64,000 nucleotides of DNA from Clostridiales bacterium (GTDB taxonomy: Bacteria > Bacillota > Clostridia > Oscillospirales > CAG-272): the NCBI GenBank assembly GCA_022791685.1, contig JAAVZO010000027.1, positions 8,473 through 72,472 of the forward strand. Direction: 5' to 3'. The notes under the pieces were generated by a model, which saw only the letters and a list, made by a program, of their open reading frames with translations, was not told the origin of the DNA and did no database searches. Within the stretch, counting starts at the first letter, position 1, and every line of letters begins with the position of its first letter. Both the position numbers and the translations under genes were made by a program. Positions 9,875 through 16,876 of this stretch are shown here, in pieces.

Positions 9875-10528
9875 GTGGTGAATAAGCAGAAGATGTCACC
9901 AGTTATAGTGGCTGCGGTCGCTGCGGCAGCTATAGGATTATGTGTTGCAGCATGCAGTGCAGAGAATAAGAATGATGATATTGATATAGTTTTTGATGAG
10001 TTGACAATTGAACAAGTGTCAGATATAGAAGTGACTGAAGCGGAGAGTGATGATAAATACGATATAGCTTCCGATACGACGAAATCAGATGATACAATAA
10101 ATGTGCAAGAAACAACCAAGCCAGAGACTGAAAAATTACCAGAAACTACCCGTATACCAGAAACAACAAAAGTACCAGAAACTCAAAATATACCTGATAC
10201 TACTGCTGTAATTTTGATCAAGCGTTCTGATTCAAGCATGACGAGAGAGCGCATTTTAGAGCTTGAGAATGTTGCTGTATTCTGGGCACCGACTGGTAAA
10301 AAAATGCACCTTGATCCTGATTGTAAGTCGTTCAAGCTCGGATTCACATTTGCAGGAACACTGGAGGAGGCTAAATCTGCTCGTGATGGAGGCTGGTGTG
10401 GTATTTGTTCAAAGGGGATGACGGATGAAAAATACTTGTCAAATTATAAGGCTACAGCTGAACGTCTCGCTGACTGTTATACATATGAGGATTTCTCAAA
10501 CAAAATCCCTGCTGAAGCGTTCAAGTAA
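9875..10528 (+). CDS. Putative lipoprotein with P-E-T-T heptad repeats and a C-terminal His/Cys motif domain
   Basis: Signal peptide with lipobox VAAC. Acidic linker with tandem repeats PETEKL/PETTRI/PETTKV/PETQNI/PDTTAV. The C-terminus has H-x4-C-x28-C-x2-C (HLDPDC...CGIC). GTG start lies 7 nt after GAAAGGA. Confidence 0.6.
   Translation: MVNKQKMSPVIVAAVAAAAIGLCVAACSAENKNDDIDIVFDELTIEQVSDIEVTEAESDDKYDIASDTTKSDDTINVQETTKPETEKLPETTRIPETTKVPETQNIPDTTAVILIKRSDSSMTRERILELENVAVFWAPTGKKMHLDPDCKSFKLGFTFAGTLEEAKSARDGGWCGICSKGMTDEKYLSNYKATAERLADCYTYEDFSNKIPAEAFK
10121..10204 (+). repeat. In-frame tandem 21-nt (heptad) coding repeats
   Basis: CCAGAAAC(T/A)AC-type units are repeated about 4-5 times and encode P-E-T-x-x-[ILV]. 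Confidence 0.7.
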
Positions 10529-10531
10529 GAT

Positions 10532-10566
10532 AAAAAGTGCCGTATTTAATTTACGGCACTTTTCTA
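10532..10566. terminator. Bidirectional terminator between convergent genes
   Basis: AAAGTGCCGTA (10534-10544) pairs with TACGGCACTTT (10552-10562). A/T runs flank both sides. Confidence 0.7.
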
Positions 10567-10569
10567 TAT

Positions 10570-12339
10570 TTATTTATAAAGCCAAGTTGTGTACCAGCTT
10601 CCGCGCTGGCCTAAGGTGTAGAAATCGTTAAGCTTTATCGTTTTTCCTTCAACGTCGACCAGCATTTCGAGTTCGCCGTCATTTAGAATATTGACTGTAG
10701 CCGATTCTAATACGTCGGACGAAAGTCGAGGGATTTCGTTTATAGCAACTGACGGGTTTTCGTCTCTGTCATATCCGAGCAGAATTGGTCCACGGAAAAT
10801 GCAATATCTTCCGTCGCATCCTTCCTTTCCTTCGTCGATACGAATATGCAGAGGTATGTGGAGCTCTGCGGACAGTTCGCTGCTGCCGTCAGACTCAAAG
10901 CAGTTAGCTTTCTTTGTGAAGTTTGCGGTATTCGATATCGTTGTATCAGGTGCAAATCCCGGAATGCGCAGGCACAGCTTTTTGCCATTAGTCAGCTTTG
11001 CGGTGACTTTTACCGACTCCGAAAATGGATAGCTTCCCTCAATTGTTATCTCGTCGCCGTCGGCAGTGGTGAAGCTTGCATTTCCGTAATAGTTTATCAT
11101 CAACGTATCACACTTTTCCAGCGTATCACGCTGTACATATGCCCAATCTGCCAGCATACCGACTCCACGATGAGCATTAACTGAGCAGCAGTTGAGGTCA
11201 GGTGCGCCAGGGCGGCTTTGGAAACCTATCTCATGATAGTTTGCCATACGGAAGCCTTCCATCGGGGTGTTGTACGTGCTCCAGCGACCGGATTTCGAAA
11301 AGCTTCCGGCTACTGCATTGTATAATGAGTGCTCAAGAAAATCAACAAGCTTCGGGTCACCTGTCGCTTGATATAATTGCAGCGCTAACGCGTTGTATGC
11401 TACTACGCAGCAGGTTTCGATAGCTCCGAATCCGTATGGATTTCCGATAGCCTGTTCCCGAGTTGAAAATCCTCCAGTGTTGTGTACATCAGTCGACAGA
11501 ATGCTGTAAAATATCTGCTTTGCAGCTTCTAAATACTCAGGCTGATCTACAGCTTTTGCCATTTCTGCGAAGCCCATAATAACGTGCAGACTTTCCCAAC
11601 GGGGCTTGGGGCATTGATAGAACGGCAGATTCTGTCTTGCATATTCTAAATAGTTTCCGGCGCTTTCTTCTGAGCAGTCCTTCTCGATTTCCTTTGCAAG
11701 GTCCAGATATTTTTCATCGCCAGTGTAATTGTACAGTTTTGTAAATACATGGTAAGTAGCTAAGTTAGTCTCAGCCCAACCGATATCGATCAAACGTCGA
11801 CCGGTGTCTTTGTAGAATGTATTGATGAAAAGCTCGGCTATGCGGTCGATACAGTCAAGCATAGCTTTGTCACCTGTGATATCGTACCATTCGAGCAAAC
11901 CGTACATTATGTGATAATGTCCCCATGCGTCCCACGTTTCGAGTGATACGCCGATACTCTTGTCATCAAGCAGCTCTGGCTCCGGTGAACGTCCGGTAAG
12001 TTGATATTCTTCTGGGAAAACGCCCAAATAACCGTTAGGCTCTTGGTAAGAAATGAGTTCCTTTATAACTTCAAGGCACTCGTCCTTCAGTCGTTCGTCG
12101 CCAAACAGTCTGTACATTGCAGCACAGCCAGTGAGATACTTTCCGGGAAACTCGCCTGCCCAAGGAAGCAACCGGCGATAAGGAGCGACATTTTTGTCGC
12201 GGAACATATATAATAATGCAGGATTAGTCTGTTTCAAGCCTAAAAGCCAGTTTTCGGTGATATTGCGTCCGAGCGCGCCGATGTGGTCGTTAAGCTGCAT
12301 ATCAGTGAGCTTTACACCGATAGATGTAGTGTTATTCAT
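10570..12339 (-). CDS. GH127-like (DUF1680, beta-L-arabinofuranosidase family) glycoside hydrolase
   Basis: 589 aa with no signal peptide. Helical-repeat (alpha/alpha barrel-like) N-terminal part. ETCC and NCC motifs resemble the Glu/Cys zinc and catalytic Cys site of GH127. Confidence 0.55.
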   Translation of the reverse strand: MNNTTSIGVKLTDMQLNDHIGALGRNITENWLLGLKQTNPALLYMFRDKNVAPYRRLLPWAGEFPGKYLTGCAAMYRLFGDERLKDECLEVIKELISYQEPNGYLGVFPEEYQLTGRSPEPELLDDKSIGVSLETWDAWGHYHIMYGLLEWYDITGDKAMLDCIDRIAELFINTFYKDTGRRLIDIGWAETNLATYHVFTKLYNYTGDEKYLDLAKEIEKDCSEESAGNYLEYARQNLPFYQCPKPRWESLHVIMGFAEMAKAVDQPEYLEAAKQIFYSILSTDVHNTGGFSTREQAIGNPYGFGAIETCCVVAYNALALQLYQATGDPKLVDFLEHSLYNAVAGSFSKSGRWSTYNTPMEGFRMANYHEIGFQSRPGAPDLNCCSVNAHRGVGMLADWAYVQRDTLEKCDTLMINYYGNASFTTADGDEITIEGSYPFSESVKVTAKLTNGKKLCLRIPGFAPDTTISNTANFTKKANCFESDGSSELSAELHIPLHIRIDEGKEGCDGRYCIFRGPILLGYDRDENPSVAINEIPRLSSDVLESATVNILNDGELEMLVDVEGKTIKLNDFYTLGQRGSWYTTWLYK

Positions 12340-12365
12340 AAGTTATATTCTCCAATTTGACAGCG

Positions 12366-13511
12366 TTACGATAGCTTCTCTATGCGAAGGGTACGCACAT
12401 AGACCTGCCGTTTGTATCCTTCTGGTGCGTTTTGGGCGATCTGCTCCTTGGGGTCGTCAAAGATCATTGTGATCTCACCTGGAGCACTTTCCACAATGGT
12501 GTTATAGCCGGAGGGACTGTTGCCCCATTTTCCATAACATTCTTCTATGATGTAGGGTTCACTCCATGTTTTTCCTAAATCGTCTGAAAACAGGAGAAAA
12601 TTATGCTCATGTCCACTTACACATGCAAGCGTACCGTCTTTCATCAAGAGCAGCTTGGGCAGTACTCCCCATGAGCAGACTTCGTAGGGGGCTTCCCATG
12701 TTTTTCCATAGTCGAAGGAATGTGTGCAGTATAGAGGCGATACGACCTCGTGACCGCCGGTGCGAATAATGGCACAGAGATGTCCCGGCTCTACTTCAAT
12801 ACAAGACGGTTCGCAGTATCCTTCCGCATTGATATCTGCGATCGGATAGGTATTGCAGTCTGCCACAGTGGTGCCGAACTCCCATGTGTATCCCATGTCA
12901 TGGGATACAACGGTCCATACACGGTATAGATAGAATTGATAACCGCAGTTTTGAGCAAAGTATGGGCACAGAATTTTATCGTCCTTAAATTGTCCGTACA
13001 TCATTACAAAGATGTCACCGTTTGACAACTGATATATATGATCGACAGTACCAGATGACCCGTTGCCGGAATCGCCATACCCACAGGTAAGCTCCGGAAT
13101 ATCGATCGACACGATAGAGGTTTCAACTTTGCCTGCGATTATATCGTCTATGGATGCAGCACGGTAAATAGCTGCAACGTAAGGGACTTTTTCCTGTTTG
13201 GTATTAAAAAGTAGGTTATATGCGGCGTTTTCAAAGCTCATTGCCATAAATGTCCCGTCTGCAAGACGGATAAACGGCACATTTTTCCTGCTCTTAATAT
13301 CTTCAAAGCAAACGCCGTTGTCGAGACGGTCGCCGTTTTCCAAACGGACAAAGGTTTTTCCGTTGTCTTCGGAATATAATGCGTAGCTGCTGTCTTTCGC
13401 GGAAACGGGGATAAAGATCTTACCGGTTCCGAGTTGATCGTTTGTTTCGTTGCTGGCATAGTGTCCGAGGCCAAAACACTGATTGGATAATGTTGTGATT
13501 TTATACTGCAT
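12366..13511 (-). CDS. BNR/Asp-box repeat protein (sialidase-like beta-propeller)
   Basis: Four Asp-boxes: SEDNGKTF, SHDMGYTW, SFDYGKTW and SDDLGKTW. Preferred start is ATG 13511, 10 nt after GAAAGGAAC, so the track's 18-codon extension is not used. Confidence 0.75.
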   Translation of the reverse strand: MQYKITTLSNQCFGLGHYASNETNDQLGTGKIFIPVSAKDSSYALYSEDNGKTFVRLENGDRLDNGVCFEDIKSRKNVPFIRLADGTFMAMSFENAAYNLLFNTKQEKVPYVAAIYRAASIDDIIAGKVETSIVSIDIPELTCGYGDSGNGSSGTVDHIYQLSNGDIFVMMYGQFKDDKILCPYFAQNCGYQFYLYRVWTVVSHDMGYTWEFGTTVADCNTYPIADINAEGYCEPSCIEVEPGHLCAIIRTGGHEVVSPLYCTHSFDYGKTWEAPYEVCSWGVLPKLLLMKDGTLACVSGHEHNFLLFSDDLGKTWSEPYIIEECYGKWGNSPSGYNTIVESAPGEITMIFDDPKEQIAQNAPEGYKRQVYVRTLRIEKLS

Positions 13512-13645
13512 TAGTATAAAGTTCCTTTCTCGTTTTCTCTTTCTTTTGTGGAAGCTTTCTTCCAAATGAACTCTGCGGCGTAAACCGCAAGAGCAATGTC
13601 TGAAAACAATTTATTTAAAAAATTTATTTTCGGACTTGATACATT

Positions 13646-13674
13646 ATTATACATCATTTTCTTTTGATTTGCAA
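13646..13674 (-). promoter_or_regulatory. Promoter of the BNR/GH127-like operon
   Basis: Minus strand reads TTGCAA (13674-13669), a 17-nt spacer, then TATAAT (13651-13646). Confidence 0.5.
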
Positions 13675-13826
13675 TAGATATTTTGAAATAAAAATCAAAT
13701 TTTACGAAAAAGCTTTTATAAGATAAGCAGTATAATGAAAAAGAAGTTCCGTATGATAATGACAGAGAGGTAAATTATTCAGAAAAGAGTAAACGATTTT
13801 TTTGTAGTTTAATTTTCTAAAGCCTA

Positions 13827-13855
13827 TTGACATTTTATGGAAATTGTGATATAAT
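13827..13855 (+). promoter_or_regulatory. Perfect consensus sigma-A promoter with no downstream plus-strand gene
   Basis: TTGACA (13827-13832), a 17-nt spacer, then TGA-TATAAT (13847-13855). Confidence 0.65.
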
Positions 13856-13861
13856 ATATTT

Positions 13862-13930
13862 ACCATGATTCTAATTACTTTATTTTAATTATGCAAACCG
13901 CTCATCTTGTATGTGCGGTTTGCATTTTTT
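13862..13930 (+). ncRNA. Candidate small RNA of about 70 nt, bounded by a promoter and an intrinsic terminator
   Basis: The predicted start lies about 7 nt after the -10. An AU-rich 30-nt 5' part is followed by hairpin TGCAAACCGC (13892-13901)/GCGGTTTGCA (13915-13924). The hairpin is extendable with one mismatch and is followed by T6. Confidence 0.4.
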
Positions 13931-13960
13931 ACTATATATTTATTTTGCAGCTTCTATAAA

Positions 13961-13987
13961 CAAAAAGCAGACATATTAAATGTCTGC
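13961..13987 (-). terminator. Terminator of the 14030-15091 gene
   Basis: GCAGACAT (13967-13974) pairs with ATGTCTGC (13980-13987). On the minus strand TTTTTG follows. Confidence 0.65.
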
Positions 13988-14029
13988 CTTCTTTACGATC
14001 AATCCTGCCGAGGAGGATGATATTATTTC

Positions 14030-15091
14030 TCAGTTTTCCGTACTATCTAAATAATCTTTAATATATGCAGCTATTTCCAACTCAAGGCTGCGGGATTCCT
14101 TGAGTATGTCTATCAGCATAGAGCGGCGTTCGTTGTTGCTTAAGGCAAGAACCTTAGGGTCAGACCAATCATTTTTAAAACCGATCTGAGCTCCGTTTTG
14201 TGCAATGTTTTTCAGCTTTTCGCATAATTCTGCGGCTCTGGCAAGGTTTTTGTCCGCTTTGATCTCATGATACATTTTCAGAAATTTATACAAGTGAGTC
14301 CGGTTCTCAAAAAGCGCAATAAAGTGCGGAAATACTGGAGATGCAAAGTAAAACTCTTCTTTCTCTTCTTCATTCGCCTGATGGAGCTGGAAAATCCATG
14401 TATCGTAAATAGCCTGTCCGTATCCGTTGTGCACTTTGGCAAAGTCCATTTCCTTGGTAGGCATTGTTTCTGTAAGCATACGAAGACCGTTCTTGAGCGC
14501 TTCTCTGTAAGCATAATCGCGGCTGCATTGCTCGCCTTCGGGGATGAACAGGATGATTTCTTCAAAATTTCCTTCCAAAGAGGAGAATTCAGAAGGATTT
14601 TCAAAGTTAAGCGCACTGTTTATCTCATCGTTTCCTTCTTCAAATTTATGCCCAAGCAATATTTCCCCGTTATTGCGGTATCCCCAAATCAGGTAACTGA
14701 ATGGCGTACCACTTTCTATTATGTATACAGTGTTCCCTTTAAAAACGTTTTCCTTTATTACCGATATCAATTCATCCCCATGAATGGCTTGCAGCCGTTC
14801 GCAGGAAAGCCCATATATAGCGGTGCTTAAAGTGTTTGCGGGCATACAGTAAAACAGTCCAAACGCAAATCCGGTCAATACATTTTGAACCGAATACTCC
14901 ATGTCGCTGTAAACCAGTGCACCGGTATCACCGACTTTTTCAGTTTTTCCATATAAAAGTCCGAGACCAGCGTAAACTGCTGGTTTCACATTACTGAATG
15001 GCCACGCCTCACCGCTGAAGGCTTCTATTTTGCGTACTGGTCTGATAATGAACTCGCTGGTTGGTTCTGAAACTTTTTTGGAGTTTTTCAT
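14030..15091 (-). CDS. Hypothetical protein with no family recognised
   Basis: A 353-aa ORF from ATG 15091, 10 nt after GAGG (the track's TTG at 15109 is less likely). AT-rich codon usage by eye. No TM segment or signal peptide. Confidence 0.6.
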   Translation of the reverse strand: MKNSKKVSEPTSEFIIRPVRKIEAFSGEAWPFSNVKPAVYAGLGLLYGKTEKVGDTGALVYSDMEYSVQNVLTGFAFGLFYCMPANTLSTAIYGLSCERLQAIHGDELISVIKENVFKGNTVYIIESGTPFSYLIWGYRNNGEILLGHKFEEGNDEINSALNFENPSEFSSLEGNFEEIILFIPEGEQCSRDYAYREALKNGLRMLTETMPTKEMDFAKVHNGYGQAIYDTWIFQLHQANEEEKEEFYFASPVFPHFIALFENRTHLYKFLKMYHEIKADKNLARAAELCEKLKNIAQNGAQIGFKNDWSDPKVLALSNNERRSMLIDILKESRSLELEIAAYIKDYLDSTEN

Positions 15092-15188
15092 GATTGATTT
15101 ACCTCGCAAATAATATATGGGTAATACTATGCAAAACAGTATCGCATAAAATTATAATACTGCTTTGGGGTTCGACCAGTGACTAAAT

Positions 15189-15262
15189 TGGAGCGAACGG
15201 CGGGAATCGAACCCGTGCTGTCGGCTTGGGAAGCCGGAATTCTGCCATTAAATTACGTTCGC
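15189..15262 (-). tRNA. tRNA-Gly (anticodon CCC), CCA encoded
   Basis: Minus strand reads GCGAACG-TA-ATTT-AATGGCA-GAAT-T-CCGGC-TTCCCAA-GCCGA-CAGC-ACGGG-TTCGATT-CCCGC-CGTTCGC-T-CCA. The cloverleaf folds with one A/C mismatch in the T stem. Confidence 0.85.
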
Positions 15263-15532
15263 AAATTTTTATTTATGGTATTATTATACACTATTGCATA
15301 GCTTTTGTCAAGAGCTATTTTTTAAATTTGCGTTTATAATGATGTTCAGATTTTTGTACTCGCATTCGCACTGTGGCAATGATGTCTTACATCGGATAAA
15401 CTGTAGTGTGATGTCATGAGACAGAGTTGATCGAGACCGTTCAATAAAATTTGATATCTCATGTTTAAAACTTCCGCGCCGGGTAAACACTATGGTTGCA
15501 AAAAAATATAAATGCTTGGAGAGTGAATTTTT

Positions 15533-15877
15533 GTGACCGTCAAACGCGGAGATATTTATTATGCCGACTTAAGCCCCGTGATAGGCTCTGAACAGGGCGG
15601 ACTTCGTCCGGTGCTTATAGTTCAAAATGATGTCGGAAACAAATACAGTCCTACGGTGATAGCTGCGGCAATTACCAGTCAGGTCGGTAAGACTCGACTT
15701 CCTACACATATTGATGTTCTTGCCGACAGGTTCGGGCTTGCCAAGGATTCTGTAATTCTGCTTGAACAAATTCGTACTATAGATAAGAAACGGCTCAAGG
15801 AGAAAATGGGACATCTCGACGACTGCGTTATGCAGAGAGTGAACGACGCTATCGGAGTCAGCTTTGGGCTCGGCTGA
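15533..15877 (+). CDS. mazF: MazF/EndoA (PemK family) mRNA interferase toxin
   Basis: [31 protein letters not shown]...[16 protein letters not shown] closely resembles Bacillus EndoA. GTG start lies 9 nt after GGAGAG. Confidence 0.9.
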   Translation: MTVKRGDIYYADLSPVIGSEQGGLRPVLIVQNDVGNKYSPTVIAAAITSQVGKTRLPTHIDVLADRFGLAKDSVILLEQIRTIDKKRLKEKMGHLDDCVMQRVNDAIGVSFGLG

Positions 15878-15931
15878 GTTTTTATATACATAGTAAAACG
15901 CGATCTTTTTTGCGCTTTGCTGTGTACATTT

Positions 15932-16042
15932 ATTCAGGTGGCCGCTTTGCATGGGCAATAGATGTGTTCGATAACTTAACTTTATTTAATTGATAGTTAT
16001 CGAACATATCTAAGTATATGCCTTCGCGACGGTCACCTGAAT
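15932..16042 (+). repeat. Copy A of the palindromic element, embedded in a 111-nt imperfect palindrome
   Basis: Outer arms ATTCAGGTGGCC (15932-15943) and GGTCACCTGAAT (16031-16042) match 11/12. Inner arms are GTTCGATAAC (15966-15975) and GTTATCGAAC (15996-16005). TTTTAT follows. Confidence 0.7.
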
Positions 16043-16068
16043 TTTATGTGAATAAATGGAGAAACCAC

Positions 16069-16097
16069 TTGAAATGCGCTTCGTTATAGTTTATAAT
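16069..16097 (+). promoter_or_regulatory. Promoter of the two-component system operon
   Basis: TTGAAA (16069-16074), a 17-nt spacer, then TATAAT (16092-16097). Confidence 0.5.
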
Positions 16098-16101
16098 ATA
16101 T

Positions 16102-16160
16102 GTAGGAAACCTGTTATATGACCTAATTTAGTTGATAGGTTATCGGACAGGTCTAATATA
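16102..16160 (+). repeat. Copy C of the palindromic element, with a degenerate left arm
   Basis: The right arm GTTATCGGACAGGTCTAATATA begins at 16139. The 39-nt block 16122-16160 matches 18504-18542 at 35/39 positions. Confidence 0.65.
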
Positions 16161-16195
16161 AAATAACAACATAACGAAAGGATATAATCCGCCTG

Positions 16196-16876
16196 ATGTA
16201 TAAGATACTTACTGTTGATGATGAAGCACGGATCCGTGAAATAATACGCAAATATGCTGAGTTTGAAGGGCACGAGGTAACTGAAGCTGCCGACGGGATG
16301 GAGGCCATTCGCCTTTGCCGTGAGAAGGATTTCGATATTATTATTATGGACATAATGATGCCAGAGCTCGATGGATTTTCTGCCTGCCGTGAAATTCGTA
16401 AATTTAAGCAGACTCCGATTATTATGCTGTCAGCTCGCGGTGAAGAGTATGACAAAATCAATGGCTTTGAACTTGGTATCGACGACTATGTGGTCAAGCC
16501 TTTCTCGCCGAAGGAGCTTATGCTGCGTATCGACGCGGTGATGAAGCGCTCGCATACTGCTGTAGTTAAGGAGAGCGTAAATGAGGTCGTCGAAATCGGG
16601 GGGCTGCGTGCTGATATTACTGCTCGTCTTGTTTATGTCGACGGCAATCGAGTTGATATGTCTCCGAAGGAATATGACCTGTTTTTCTATATGCTCAAAA
16701 ATCGCAATATCGCACTATCTCGCGAAAAGCTTATAACTGAAGTTTGGGGATATGACTTTTACGGCGACGATCGCACGCTTGATACGCATATCAAACTGCT
16801 TCGCAAGAGCCTTGGAAGTTATTCGAGACTTATCGTGACACTTCGAGGGGTAGGCTACAGATTTGAGTCTAAATAA
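16196..16876 (+). CDS. OmpR/PhoB-family response regulator
   Basis: The receiver domain has DD, D52-type (IIIMDIMMPELDG) and K (VVKPF) motifs. A C-terminal winged helix is present (LTLRGVGYRF). Confidence 0.9.
   Translation: MYKILTVDDEARIREIIRKYAEFEGHEVTEAADGMEAIRLCREKDFDIIIMDIMMPELDGFSACREIRKFKQTPIIMLSARGEEYDKINGFELGIDDYVVKPFSPKELMLRIDAVMKRSHTAVVKESVNEVVEIGGLRADITARLVYVDGNRVDMSPKEYDLFFYMLKNRNIALSREKLITEVWGYDFYGDDRTLDTHIKLLRKSLGSYSRLIVTLRGVGYRFESK

Noticed and set aside
10121-10204. Short tandem DNA repeats as a possible CRISPR array or minisatellite
   Set aside because: The repeats are in frame, inside a CDS with a signal peptide, and encode PETT heptads. There is no spacer/repeat architecture.
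13891-13959. A 22-codon hydrophobic ORF (MQTAHLVCAVCIFYYIFILQLL) that could be a type I toxin
   Set aside because: It has no SD, and the ATG lies inside the terminator stem. The frame reads through the hairpin and T-run, past the predicted transcript end. It is kept only as a remote alternative to the sRNA reading.
15308-15490. A 60-aa minus-strand ORF upstream of mazF as a possible divergent antitoxin
   Set aside because: It has a GTG start without an SD and no RHH, AbrB or other antitoxin-like pattern. Its composition is typical of random AT-rich sequence.
15966-16005. The element core as a CcpA cre site, a Spo0A 0A-box (TGTCGAA), a DnaA box or a DasR/NagR dre half-site (GGTCTA)
   Set aside because: TGTTCGATAACT lacks the central CG placement of cre. 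TATCGAA differs from TGNCGAA at the invariant G. TTATCGAACA needs an indel to fit TTATCCACA. The GGTCTA resemblance is only a half-site. None fits well enough to name.
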